64,000 nt of DNA, taken from IMG/VR virus record IMGVR_UViG_3300023174_006137, positions 95,492 through 159,491 of that record; one strand, written 5' to 3'. The first letter of the stretch is position 1. Each line of letters begins with the position of its first letter. The notes under the pieces are model-generated. The model saw only the letters and a list, made by a program, of their open reading frames with translations. It was not told the DNA's origin and made no database searches. The DNA is from a virus. Positions 9,888 through 18,999 of the stretch are shown here, one piece after another. A program made the translations under genes and the position numbers.

Positions 9888-11471
9888 TTAATTTTTATAA
9901 CTATCTTTTAAAGAAACTGTTTTTATAAAACTTCCATCTAAATCTTTGGTATAATAACCATTTCTTACAAATTGTGCAGCTTTACCAACTTCACAATTAT
10001 CAATATTTAATTCACTATAAATTATAGTTTCATGTATTACATCATTCTTTATTTCACAATTATTATCTAAAAATAAATCTTCATACTCCTTAACCATAAT
10101 TTCTTTATTATATAACGCAGAAACCCAGTGAATTGTTCCTTTTACTTTTCTATCTGACTTGCCAGATTTTGTATCTACATCAATAGTACATCTTATTTCA
10201 ATTATATTACCAATGCTATCTTTGATGATTTCATTTGCTTTTATAATATAAGCACCTTTTAATCTAACTTCGCCACCTAATTTTAAACGATAATATTTCT
10301 TATCGGCTTCTTCTCTAAAATCTTCATTTTCAATATAGATTTCTTTTGTAAAAATAACTTCTCTTTTACCATCATTTGGATTTTCAGGATTATTTTCAAT
10401 TTCACAAATTTCAGAACCTTCATAATTCGTTAAAACAACCTTAATAGGATTGAAAATGCACATATATCGATATGCTATTTTATTTAAATGATTCCTTAAA
10501 CATTCTTCTAATAATTTATAATCAATTACAGATTCTCTTTTAGTATAACCAATGATTTCACAGAAATTTTTAATAGATTCTGGAGTATAGCCTCTTCTTT
10601 TTAACCCAGATAATGTTAATAATCTTGGATCGTTTAATGTATACCCTTCTTCAATCAAAGACTTAAACTTCCTTTTACTCATTAAATGATTAACAACATT
10701 CAATCTAGCAAATTCGGTTTCTTCTGGTAAATTATTTTCTAAATCTAAATTATTTAATATCCAATTATAAAGAGGACGATGTAATTCAAATTCCAAAGTG
10801 CATAAAGAATCTGTTATTCCTTCTATGTAATCTGAAATAGGATGAGCAAAATCATACATAGGATAAATACACCATTTATTACCAGTATTATGATGTTCTT
10901 CTTTAATTATTCTATATATGATAGGATCTCTCATGCACATTATCGGACTTGACATATCAATTTTCAATCTCAAAGTGCAATGACTTTCTCCATAGATACC
11001 ATTTTTCATATTTTCAAATCTATATAAATTATCCTCAATACTTCTATTTCTATAGATAGAATCTATACCTGGTTTCACTAAATCTCCTTTATTATTGGCT
11101 ATTTCTTCGGAAGTTGAATCATCAACATAAGCTAACCCTTTATTTATTAATTTAACAGTACAATTATAAATATAATCAAAATAATTGGATGTATATTCTA
11201 TTTTGGAAGGGTTAAAGCCTAACCATTTAATATCTGCTAAAATTGCATCAATATATTCGGATTTTTCTGCACAAGGATTTGTGTCATCAAATCTTAAATT
11301 ACATGAGCCATTATATTTTTCCGCTAAACCAAAATTTAAACACATCGATTTTGCATGACCGAGATGTAAAATAAAATTGGGTTCCGGTGGAAAACGCAAT
11401 ACTGGATTGATTCCATTATTTACTTTTTCTAATATTTTTTCTTCTATAAAATTCATAATTTTTAATACCAT
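9888..11471 (-). CDS. glnS: Glutaminyl-tRNA synthetase
   Basis: RFPPEPN, HLGH, LRFDDTNP, YPMYDFAHP, SLCTLEF, MSKRK, KVKGTIHWVS; lies directly downstream of three tRNA-Gln. Confidence 0.95.
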   Translation of the reverse strand: MVLKIMNFIEEKILEKVNNGINPVLRFPPEPNFILHLGHAKSMCLNFGLAEKYNGSCNLRFDDTNPCAEKSEYIDAILADIKWLGFNPSKIEYTSNYFDYIYNCTVKLINKGLAYVDDSTSEEIANNKGDLVKPGIDSIYRNRSIEDNLYRFENMKNGIYGESHCTLRLKIDMSSPIMCMRDPIIYRIIKEEHHNTGNKWCIYPMYDFAHPISDYIEGITDSLCTLEFELHRPLYNWILNNLDLENNLPEETEFARLNVVNHLMSKRKFKSLIEEGYTLNDPRLLTLSGLKRRGYTPESIKNFCEIIGYTKRESVIDYKLLEECLRNHLNKIAYRYMCIFNPIKVVLTNYEGSEICEIENNPENPNDGKREVIFTKEIYIENEDFREEADKKYYRLKLGGEVRLKGAYIIKANEIIKDSIGNIIEIRCTIDVDTKSGKSDRKVKGTIHWVSALYNKEIMVKEYEDLFLDNNCEIKNDVIHETIIYSELNIDNCEVGKAAQFVRNGYYTKDLDGSFIKTVSLKDSYKN

Positions 11472-11475
11472 TTTG

Positions 11476-11546
11476 TAATCCCATACTGGAACGATCAGTA
11501 TTCTTCAGGGTCAAAACCTGACGCATCACCTTAATGCTTTGGGATT
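11476..11546 (-). tRNA. tRNA-Gln(UUG)
   Basis: Cloverleaf; TCAGG-TT TTG AC-CCTGA; variant T-loop ATCGTTC. Confidence 0.75.
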
Positions 11547-11553
11547 ATATTTG

Positions 11554-11625
11554 TAGTCGGACTAGGAGTCAAACCCAGTCTACGAAGGCCAAATCTTCGT
11601 GTGCGCATCGGTACACTATCCAACT
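11554..11625 (-). tRNA. tRNA-Gln(UUG)
   Basis: CGAAG-AT TTG GC-CTTCG; T-arm CTGGG TTTGACT CCTAG. Confidence 0.75.
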
Positions 11626-11631
11626 ATGTAG

Positions 11632-11714
11632 TTGCCAAGACAGGACTCGAACCTGTATTTACTTCTCGTCCTCCGCTTTCAAAGAGCGGGATGCTACCAT
11701 TACACCACTTGGCA
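11632..11714 (-). tRNA. tRNA-Gln(UUG), long variable region
   Basis: CCGCT-CT TTG AA-AGCGG; canonical GGTTCGAGTCC. Confidence 0.85.
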
Positions 11715-11716
11715 AT

Positions 11717-11752
11717 AAAAAAACCGTTCAATCAAATCAGATTGAACGGTTT
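11717..11752 (-). terminator. Attenuator terminator upstream of tRNA-Gln x3/glnS
   Basis: AAACCGTTCAATC-TGATTT-GATTGAACGG-T7. Confidence 0.85.
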
Positions 11753-11773
11753 AGACAATAAAATCTCACACCA

Positions 11774-11821
11774 TCAATCTGGTTTAAATAATTGTTGTTG
11801 TTGAGAAGTTAAAGTTTTCAT
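11774..11821 (-). promoter_or_regulatory. Leader peptide MKTLTSQQQQLFKPD (Gln-sensing attenuator)
   Basis: Four tandem CAA codons; 3' CAGATTGA is complementary to terminator arm TCAATCTG. Confidence 0.85.
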
Positions 11822-12700
11822 TTTTTTATAATAATTTATAAATTTTTCTATTTCAGTTTTTATATATTCTTTTCCTGCTTCGTTATTTATTGATTGCCAT
11901 TTTATTCTATAAATATTAAAATGTTTTAATAAATTTTTATCTCTTTCATTATCATGTTCAACTCTATATTCATGTTGTTTACCATCTATTTCTAAATCAA
12001 TATTTCCTTCTTTAATATAGAAATCTAAAAAATAATTTCCATTTCCTTCTATATTATATTCTTTTTTTATTATAGTTTTATTAGGCTCATATTTTATGCC
12101 ATTGTTTTCTAATACCATTTTGAAAAACTTTTCTGGATAACTTTCAATATTTCTTGATTGCCAACCTTTATGTGTTCCATTTTTTATTCTTTCTTTAACT
12201 GAATCTCTTAATTTATTTTTATATTCCTCGCTTGTAAATTGACACTTTTTACTACAATATTTTCGATTAATATTTTTTCCAGTATATGTTTTTTTACAAT
12301 TGGGACATTCTTTTATGTATTCCTCTTCATTATATTTTTTATTCCACGGAATATTATTTTTTAATGTATTAGATATTTTTTTACATCTTTCCTCATATTT
12401 TTCTTTATCAAAATTAGTATTATTTTTACCATGTTGATAATAAGAATTTGAACATGACGATGAACATGTTTTCTTACCATTTTCTGTTGTTTCAAATTCG
12501 TTAAAACAAATAGGACAAATAAGTTTAATTTTTTGGTATTTTCTATTTTTGTTTTTATTTTCAAAAATAGATTTATTAAATCCATTTTGTTCTAAAACTT
12601 CTGCTGCCTTTTTATTGCTTCGTCCATTAGAATAACCATATAATTTTATGGCTAAGTCATTAATGGAAAAACTTTCATTTATAATTTTAATGATATCCAT
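11774..12700 (-). CDS. Putative homing endonuclease (Zn fingers plus DUF559/Vsr-like PD-(D/E)xK domain), in frame with the Gln leader peptide
   Basis: CPIC..CS..C repeats, SYPE, Y.LDF, EIDGKQH, D..RD..L; true start MDIIKII after a TATATA motif. Confidence 0.7.
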   Translation of the reverse strand: MDIIKIINESFSINDLAIKLYGYSNGRSNKKAAEVLEQNGFNKSIFENKNKNRKYQKIKLICPICFNEFETTENGKKTCSSSCSNSYYQHGKNNTNFDKEKYEERCKKISNTLKNNIPWNKKYNEEEYIKECPNCKKTYTGKNINRKYCSKKCQFTSEEYKNKLRDSVKERIKNGTHKGWQSRNIESYPEKFFKMVLENNGIKYEPNKTIIKKEYNIEGNGNYFLDFYIKEGNIDLEIDGKQHEYRVEHDNERDKNLLKHFNIYRIKWQSINNEAGKEYIKTEIEKFINYYKKMKTLTSQQQQLFKPD

Positions 12701-12741
12701 AAGATATATATTAAAATTGTCGGAGAAAGTTTTTCCGAACC

Positions 12742-12820
12742 TGGTCGAGAAGGTGAGATTCGAACTCACGAGTTGTCTTGGTCCCAAACCAAGCCGGGTA
12801 CCTGACTCCCGAACTTCTCG
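12742..12820 (-). tRNA. tRNA-Pro(UGG), CCA encoded
   Basis: C1-G72; CTTGG-TT TGG GA-CCAAG. Confidence 0.85.
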
Positions 12821-12826
12821 TTTTTG

Positions 12827-12900
12827 CGGTCTGTACCGGGTACGATCCGGCAACCTTCCCCGTGACAGGGGGATATTGTATCCATTTCTACTAACAGACC
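12827..12900 (-). tRNA. tRNA-Asp(GUC)
   Basis: TCCCC-CT GTC AC-GGGGA; G73; T-loop ATCGTAC. Confidence 0.85.
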
Positions 12901-12908
12901 ATTTTTTG

Positions 12909-12986
12909 CAGTGACGACGGGACTCGAACCCGCAAACCTCCCGATAGACAGTCGGGCATTCTGACCTAAAATTGAACTACGCCACT
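12909..12986 (-). tRNA. tRNA-Asp(GUC)
   Basis: CCCGA-CT GTC TA-TCGGG; G73. Confidence 0.9.
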
Positions 12987-12992
12987 ATTTCG

Positions 12993-13077
12993 TCTGGGTG
13001 ACAGGGCTCGAACCTGCATAAGATGTTAATCATTCTCCTGTCCAAGAGGAGTCGGCTTCCATTGCCTTCACACCCAG
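12993..13077 (-). tRNA. tRNA-Pro(UGG), long variable region
   Basis: C1-G72, A73; CTCCT-CT TGG AC-AGGAG. Confidence 0.8.
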
Positions 13078-13082
13078 AAATT

Positions 13083-13116
13083 AAAAAAACCTATTAGCTT
13101 TTGACTAACAGGTTTT
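13083..13116 (-). terminator. Attenuator terminator of the Pro/Asp/Gln tRNA operon
   Basis: AAAACCTGTTAG-TCAAAAG-CTAATAGG-T7. Confidence 0.85.
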
Positions 13117-13140
13117 AAATAATACAATTTAAAAAATCGT

Positions 13141-13230
13141 TTATATAAACACATAGTTAGTCCACTCCTTATCAGGATCCTGATCCGGTTGTTGTTGTGG
13201 AACTACTTGTATGTTTATATTGTTTTTCAT
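13141..13230 (-). promoter_or_regulatory. Leader peptide MKNNINIQVVPQQQPDQDPDKEWTNYVFI (Pro/Gln/Asp attenuator)
   Basis: 10 consecutive P/Q/D codons; GACTAAC is complementary to terminator GTTAGTC. Confidence 0.88.
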
Positions 13231-13291
13231 TTTATTATAGTATATATTGTTTTTAAAAAATGCTTTTTTGCTATTGTTTAATTTTGTAGTG

Positions 13292-13322
13292 CAAAGATAC
13301 ATAAAAGTTTGAAATCAGCAAA
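13292..13322 (-). promoter_or_regulatory. Bacteroidota sigma70-type promoter of tRNA operon 1
   Basis: -33 TTTG ... -7 TATCTTTG. Confidence 0.75.
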
Positions 13323-13376
13323 AATTTTTTTTTTAATTTTTACATATTAATTTGCATAATATAATATATAGTAAAT

Positions 13377-15260
13377 ATGGATAAAGTAATTCTTGATACT
13401 ACGAATAATGAAACAATTATTAAACCAGTTTATATCTATAAAGTTTTCAAAATAAAAGATATTGAAATACTTGGTAGAGGTGATACTGATAATTTAGATA
13501 TTTATTATCGTTTTTCACAAGATTATGGTAGAACAATTTCGGATTTTATTCTTTTCACAAAAGAAAATATTATTTCAGAAAGAATTAATCCAATTCGTTT
13601 TTTCCAAATTGAGTATTATTTAAGATATACCGGAACTTCTACCGCTACTATCTTTGATATAAATTTAGTTGGCGATTTCCAAAATGTATCATTAGACGGA
13701 CAAAAAAGTAATGTATATGGCATAAGAGAAAACTGCAATTGCCTTATTGCTGGTTTAATTTGTGACCCTTCAACTTTACCAGAAGGTATGCCACCAGGTG
13801 GAATATCAAGTATGTTAATGTCTAACTATAATACTGAATCGACTAATTTGCCTGCTTTAAATAGCGAACAAATTGCTAATTTATATAATCCATATCAACA
13901 AGCACAAGCACTTACTTTATTTAATAAAATGAGTAATGATGTTTCTAATTTATTTGGGCATGATGTTATTTATGTATTAACGGATCCAGATCAAAATGGA
14001 ACTGATTATACATTCCATGAATATACTATACAAAATTATATTTGTGATGCTAAATTAAAAGTAAATGTTGATAATAACCAATTTCCAGATAATACCGGTG
14101 CTTTAAATAATTTTGATTTATCTTTATTTGATAGTTTTGAAATTAATATAACAAAAGATGCTTTTAAAGCGGCTTTTGGTATTGAAAAAAGACCAGGTTT
14201 AAATGATGTTATATGGTTTTGTAATATAAATAAATTATATACTATTGAACATGCACAGGCAATAAGAAATTTTAATAATTATTCAATCTACTATAAAGTG
14301 ATACTTAAAAAATTCAATCAAAAAGCAAACATTATTGGAGCAACACAAGAAATACAAGATGTGCTGGATAATTTAACAAAAAATACCACATTAGAAGAAT
14401 TAATGGGGCTAGAGAATATGCAAGATAAAAAGGCAACCGCAAATAACGAACAATTAAGACCGGCAAATAAAGCACAAGAAACTTTAAGAGTTGATATTTA
14501 TTCAAATATAGAACAAGAAATTATACAAAATGCTTCAGTGACAGTTGCTAAAACTTGTTATGAAATGTCAACGGTTCAATTTAACGAACCAGGTGTTGTA
14601 TATAGAAACTTTAAATTTTTCTATCAAAAATCAGACAATATAGGTTTTAGTTGTTGGTTTAATATAAATAATTTAACTATGAACGATACTTACCATTTCT
14701 TTAATTATATGGATGTTTCAAATAATGGTTTTAAGTTTTATATGTTAGGAAATAGTATCTTTGTTAATCTTAACGGTGTAGCAAACGAATTTAGTTTAAT
14801 AGATGAAAATTGTAATAATGCTAATTTAGCAAGTAATGTTTTATCAGAAAATGTATGGTATGCTTTGGTAGTTAATATAAATCAAAGATTAAATGGTTTA
14901 GAGGTTTATTTATATAAGAGAAATGTTGATTACGAAGAAGATGCTGAATCATTATCGTCATCTAAATTAAAATTAGTAAACAAAGTAATTAAGGGTGTTG
15001 AACCAAGTATTTTAGATATATCACCAGATACTAATGCCAATATATTAGGTTCTGATATGAAAATCACTAATTTAAGATTGTTTAATGATGTTATACCAGA
15101 AGCACAACATAATAAAATGTTAAACTTATTCTTAATAGGTGCTGATTATAAATATGCCATATTTACAGATAATGCAAACCAAGATGCAAATATGCCATCT
15201 AATATAGATAGCAGAATAAATTATAATAAAATTAGAAGAGGAACTGGATTAGATAACTAA
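13377..15260 (+). CDS. Virion protein, T4 gp14 neck-protein-like central domain plus LamG-like C-terminus
   Basis: FD..L.D..EI.I...F...RP..NDVIWF...KLY.I pattern resembles gp14; late promoter motif upstream. Confidence 0.5.
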   Translation: MDKVILDTTNNETIIKPVYIYKVFKIKDIEILGRGDTDNLDIYYRFSQDYGRTISDFILFTKENIISERINPIRFFQIEYYLRYTGTSTATIFDINLVGDFQNVSLDGQKSNVYGIRENCNCLIAGLICDPSTLPEGMPPGGISSMLMSNYNTESTNLPALNSEQIANLYNPYQQAQALTLFNKMSNDVSNLFGHDVIYVLTDPDQNGTDYTFHEYTIQNYICDAKLKVNVDNNQFPDNTGALNNFDLSLFDSFEINITKDAFKAAFGIEKRPGLNDVIWFCNINKLYTIEHAQAIRNFNNYSIYYKVILKKFNQKANIIGATQEIQDVLDNLTKNTTLEELMGLENMQDKKATANNEQLRPANKAQETLRVDIYSNIEQEIIQNASVTVAKTCYEMSTVQFNEPGVVYRNFKFFYQKSDNIGFSCWFNINNLTMNDTYHFFNYMDVSNNGFKFYMLGNSIFVNLNGVANEFSLIDENCNNANLASNVLSENVWYALVVNINQRLNGLEVYLYKRNVDYEEDAESLSSSKLKLVNKVIKGVEPSILDISPDTNANILGSDMKITNLRLFNDVIPEAQHNKMLNLFLIGADYKYAIFTDNANQDANMPSNIDSRINYNKIRRGTGLDN

Positions 15261-15559
15261 ATTTTATCAGTAATTTTAGAAATACTTTTATCAATATCTG
15301 CAAAAGATGGAATAGAATTTCCTATATAAATAAATGCAATATTCTTATTCTTAACTATTGATTTCCTAACAGATTCTTTCATTAATCTTTTGATGTAATT
15401 TCTATCAACCGCTCTTTTGAACTTTTTAGAAGAAACCGCAAAAAGAAATGAACTATTAGATTCAGATTCTAAAATTTTAACCATTATTACATCACTTGAA
15501 ATGGTTTTACCATTTTTAAACAATTCGTCAATTATTATCTTATTTTTTAAAGTTTTCAT
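15257..15559 (-). CDS. rnpA: Ribonuclease P protein component
   Basis: L..K..I..LF..GK; AVSSKKFKRAVDRNYIKRLMKE (RNR motif region). Confidence 0.85.
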   Translation of the reverse strand: MKTLKNKIIIDELFKNGKTISSDVIMVKILESESNSSFLFAVSSKKFKRAVDRNYIKRLMKESVRKSIVKNKNIAFIYIGNSIPSFADIDKSISKITDKI

Positions 15560-15563
15560 AAAA

Positions 15564-15935
15564 TTAATTTAATAAATCATTAATTCGGTTATATCGTCTC
15601 CATGCTATTCGTGCTGATTCATATTTTTCAGTTCCTTTTACTGATTGTCCAGTATAAGTTCCAATATATGCTATGTTTCCAGTCATTATTTTTTTATCTA
15701 AACATTCATCACATATAGCTATGATGAATTCATCCGTATCAAATTTACTACCATATCCGGCACTAATTAGGTCTACTACACCATCTTTCCACATTTGTGA
15801 GCCAGCATCTAATATAATTTCTTCTTCTGGTTCACCATGAAATCCTATCTTTTCTTTATTGAAAACAACATCTTCTTCATTTTTACCTTCTATAAGATAT
15901 AATGAAATCTTTTTATCGCAACAAATACACATCAT
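15564..15935 (-). CDS. Hypothetical Zn-binding protein with C-terminal RxxRIxxL tag
   Basis: CICC..ICDECL; ends RYNRINDLLN. Confidence 0.55.
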   Translation of the reverse strand: MMCICCDKKISLYLIEGKNEEDVVFNKEKIGFHGEPEEEIILDAGSQMWKDGVVDLISAGYGSKFDTDEFIIAICDECLDKKIMTGNIAYIGTYTGQSVKGTEKYESARIAWRRYNRINDLLN

Positions 15936-15999
15936 AAATGCAAATATACAAAGAAAAAACTAATTAAACAAAAAATATTTAAAGTAATATATAAATTAA

Positions 16000-16608
16000 A
16001 TGAAAAAAAGGCAACATATAGTAAAGACATTTGAAGGGTTTACAAAAGATAATTTAGATTATTTAGTGACATATAAAAAAACATATGTTAGACAACAATT
16101 TAGAGACAGGGGAATTGATTTGAATAAAATACAAAAAATAGTTAAAGAATATGATATAAGCAACTTTCGTCTTGACGATAAAGGTTATGGCATTTTTATC
16201 TATCCAGACACAAACTTTATTGAATTATTAAAACAATTAGACCCAAGAGTCGATGATAATATGAGATTTTATTTAACCTTAACAGGTGATATGAACCAAA
16301 TAGATTTTAGCGATGGATTACCACCTTATTTAAGAGGTCTTGGCGTAGCGTACAAATTATATAAAATGACTATAGAAAAAAATAAGTATATAACTTCTGA
16401 TAGATTCTCATCATTGCATGCTTGGAACTTATGGTATAATTTATTACAAGATAACGATTTATATTGTTTTACTTCTAATATAAGGAGTGGTTTAATAAGC
16501 AAAAAAGTAAATGAAGAGGAATTAAAAGAAATAATTAATAAATTAAGTGTAGGAGTTGAAAATATAGAATACGATGACGACTTAAAAGAAAAATTAGGTA
16601 TCTGTTAA
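16000..16608 (+). CDS. Hypothetical late protein, possible GNAT-like segment
   Basis: LRGLGVAYKLY..S..A..LW resembles an acetyl-CoA-binding motif. Confidence 0.45.
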   Translation: MKKRQHIVKTFEGFTKDNLDYLVTYKKTYVRQQFRDRGIDLNKIQKIVKEYDISNFRLDDKGYGIFIYPDTNFIELLKQLDPRVDDNMRFYLTLTGDMNQIDFSDGLPPYLRGLGVAYKLYKMTIEKNKYITSDRFSSLHAWNLWYNLLQDNDLYCFTSNIRSGLISKKVNEEELKEIINKLSVGVENIEYDDDLKEKLGIC

Positions 16609-16731
16609 AATTATATCATAATTATATAATGACATTTTTGTAAATTATTTTTTATGTAGGTTTAACTACTAACTATTATATGTATTTTTTATCAAAAATT
16701 TGGTTAGGCAACTATTTTAATATATAGGTTT

Positions 16732-17673
16732 ATGTGTTTCAATAGTAAAAAACATTTTATTAAAAACTTTAAGCAGTTTGAGAATAATTTACTAGATATA
16801 AAAGAAGAATTAGTTAATTTTCCTTTAAAAAAATTAATTTATATAATAAAGCAAAAAATTGAAGGAACTATTAAAGAAGGTGAAAATAAATATAATTTTG
16901 ATTTCTCACAAGAAAAATTTTTACCTATAAAGTTTAACCTTATTATTAATTATATAATCGAAGAAGATATTGATTATGGTGGCTATATCGATTACAACGA
17001 AATAAAAAGAGTTAAGTTTAATAATTTAAATTTACATATTGATATACAAGATAAAGAAATAGACTATACTTCTGTTTATTCAACAATAGGGCATGGATTA
17101 AAACATGTGTTTGATATATACCACAACGACCCTTACCAAGAAGTAAATAAAATGAAAATTATTTGGAAACTTCATGGTGATAATCAAAATAAGTATTTAA
17201 GAGAAATACTTTATTTGACATATTTAGCATTAGGTTATGAGTTAGAGGCAAGAAATAATGAACTATATAATAAGTTAAGATGGCTAAAAAGTTTTGATAG
17301 TTCTATGATTATGGACGAGTTTAAAAAAACATATGTATATAAATCTTTAATGGAATTAAAAAATTTTAATATTGATGAAATATTAAATAATGTAGATAAT
17401 AATGAATTAACTGAATTTCTAACAGAATACGCTAATAAAATCTATGATAGAGATATAGATACCCCTAAAAACTTTTTAGAAAGAATAAAAGGTTTCTTTA
17501 ATGCCGTTGGCGATGCTTATTTAAGCAAAGCAAAAGACATTTTAGATGAATTAATAATAGACAATAGACCTTATATGGAAACTAAAAAACACACATTTTT
17601 TTATGAATATCTTTATTTACTTAATTTAGAAAAAGAAATGGAAGAAATTATTGAAAAAATTAATTTAAATTAA
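16732..17673 (+). CDS. Zincin-like late protein (HGLKH variant), paralog of 23085..24023
   Basis: HGLKHVFD...YL....ELEAR aligns with HELFHLYE...YL....EINAR. Confidence 0.5.
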   Translation: MCFNSKKHFIKNFKQFENNLLDIKEELVNFPLKKLIYIIKQKIEGTIKEGENKYNFDFSQEKFLPIKFNLIINYIIEEDIDYGGYIDYNEIKRVKFNNLNLHIDIQDKEIDYTSVYSTIGHGLKHVFDIYHNDPYQEVNKMKIIWKLHGDNQNKYLREILYLTYLALGYELEARNNELYNKLRWLKSFDSSMIMDEFKKTYVYKSLMELKNFNIDEILNNVDNNELTEFLTEYANKIYDRDIDTPKNFLERIKGFFNAVGDAYLSKAKDILDELIIDNRPYMETKKHTFFYEYLYLLNLEKEMEEIIEKINLN

Positions 17674-17692
17674 ATTAATAAAAGGATAAAAT

Positions 17693-17722
17693 AAAAAACA
17701 AAGCAAAAATGCTTTGTTTTTT
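17693..17722. terminator. Bidirectional intrinsic terminator
   Basis: AAAAAACAAAGCA/TGCTTTGTTTTTT. Confidence 0.7.
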
Positions 17723-17725
17723 ATT

Positions 17726-17971
17726 TTAAATTGTTGGATATACAATCAAATCACCAGACTTAATCGCTTTGTTAACATACCTCAACAAGGTTATTGCCTT
17801 ATATTCTGCTTCAAATTTTGTTGTACCAACATCATCCGTGTCTGATAAATCTACAGGAAATAAATATGTTTTACTATTGGTAATAACTTTATACCATAAA
17901 CATTGACAACATGCATAAGCAAATTTTGCTTTAGTGTCTTTAACGACATCTAATACTTTAATCTTTTCCAT
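17726..17971 (-). CDS. Hypothetical phage protein
   Basis: 81 aa ORF, FPVD..D.G...F.A..KAI.L.RY..KA pattern. Confidence 0.55.
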   Translation of the reverse strand: MEKIKVLDVVKDTKAKFAYACCQCLWYKVITNSKTYLFPVDLSDTDDVGTTKFEAEYKAITLLRYVNKAIKSGDLIVYPTI

Positions 17972-18026
17972 TTTAAATAATTTATTTTTGTGATCATACT
18001 AAAGATATTTCACTCTAATATGTCTG

Positions 18027-18099
18027 TAGTTCCAACGAGATTCGAACTCGTATCATAATTTTAGGAGAATTATACCTTATCCTGTTAGGCTATGGAACC
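18027..18099 (-). tRNA. tRNA-Arg(CCU)
   Basis: TAATT-CT CCT AA-AATTA. Confidence 0.85.
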
Positions 18100-18105
18100 A
18101 TTTTG

Positions 18106-18191
18106 TACCGCTAGCAGGACTCGAACCTGCACTATCTTTACAGAAAACGGATTATGAGTCCGTCACAATTACCACATCTGCTCATAGCGGC
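18106..18191 (-). tRNA. tRNA-Met/Ile2(CAU), long variable region
   Basis: ACGGA-CT CAT AA-TCCGT; cognate leader has internal ATG codons, favouring Met. Confidence 0.75.
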
Positions 18192-18197
18192 ATATTT

Positions 18198-18476
18198 TTA
18201 TACTCTTTTACTTCTCCATTTAATAAACTTTTTCACATCAGGATGTTCTAAAAGTTTTTCCTTTGTATTATATGTTAAGCCCATTTCTTTTTCAGTTATG
18301 AACCGATGTATTTGCCCATGACAATAAAATTTACATATCCAAATACCATGATTTTTCAAATAATCTTTATCATAATTCTTTTTGAAGAACTTATTTGAAT
18401 GCAAAGTCCTTGGAATTAAATGATGAAAATTTAAATAATCATTTGTTGAGCCACACAATTCACATTTATCTATCAT
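18198..18476 (-). CDS. Small HNH-type nuclease-like protein
   Basis: CELCG..L.FHHLIP...C..CH.QIH. Confidence 0.7.
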   Translation of the reverse strand: MIDKCELCGSTNDYLNFHHLIPRTLHSNKFFKKNYDKDYLKNHGIWICKFYCHGQIHRFITEKEMGLTYNTKEKLLEHPDVKKFIKWRSKRV

Positions 18477-18660
18477 AATATATCATAATAATACCAAGTA
18501 TTATCATATTTTTCATTAACAATTTTTGTTATTTCATCTTTTTCCAATTCTTCATTAATAAAAAATGATTCATTTTTCAAATATTCTAAATCAAAATAAA
18601 CTACTATTTCAATCATAATTTTTTTTTTATTTTAATCAATATCTATACCTTTTTGAATTA

Positions 18661-18694
18661 CTAACTCCTGCGTATACCAATTCCGCCATATGAT
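18661..18694 (-). pseudogene. tRNA 5'-half remnant (Leu-like D-arm)
   Basis: TGGCGGAATTGGTATACGC with no 3' half. Confidence 0.45.
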
Positions 18695-18699
18695 AATCG

Positions 18700-18772
18700 T
18701 AGCTCTGATGGGAGTCGAACCCACACATTTCCGAGTTTGAATCGGTTGCCTCGCCAGTTGGGCTACAGAGCC
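18700..18772 (-). tRNA. tRNA-Leu(CAA), short variable loop
   Basis: CCGA-TT CAA AC-TCGG; A73; no extra arm. Confidence 0.75.
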
Positions 18773-18778
18773 ATTTTG

Positions 18779-18860
18779 TGCAGAAGAAGGGAGTCGAACC
18801 CTCACACCTTTCGGCACAGCAACCTCAATGCTGCGTGTTTACCAATTACACCACTTCTGC
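18779..18860 (-). tRNA. tRNA-Leu(GAG)
   Basis: CAGCA-TT GAG GT-TGCTG; class II arm GCC GAAA GGT. Confidence 0.9.
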
Positions 18861-18866
18861 AATTTG

Positions 18867-18942
18867 TAGCACTCCTGGGATTTGAACCCAGAACTCTCAG
18901 GTTCTAAAGCTGAGTCCTCTGCTCTTGTTGGGATAGAGTGCC
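18867..18942 (-). tRNA. tRNA-Leu(UAG), short variable loop
   Basis: TCAGC-TT TAG AA-CCTGA with C31xC39 mismatch; A73. Confidence 0.65.
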
Positions 18943-18947
18943 ATAAT

Positions 18948-18977
18948 AAAAAAATCCCGTCAAATTGACGGGATTTT
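18948..18977 (-). terminator. Attenuator terminator of the Leu/Met/Arg tRNA operon
   Basis: AAAATCCCGTCAA-T-TTGACGGGA-T7. Confidence 0.88.
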
Positions 18978-18999
18978 AAATAATCTTAAAAATAAGAAT

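Noticed and set aside
11534-11804. Plus-strand ORFs over tRNA clusters (also 12648, 19794, 20354; minus-strand 18632, 41874 and the 5' extension 12701-12853)
   Set aside because: Shadow frames of GC-richer tRNA genes.
13083-13290. T-box riboswitches as the explanation for terminators upstream of tRNAs
   Set aside because: No T-box bulge consensus (UGGNACC) or stem I is visible; the regions are explained by short ORFs with matching codons.
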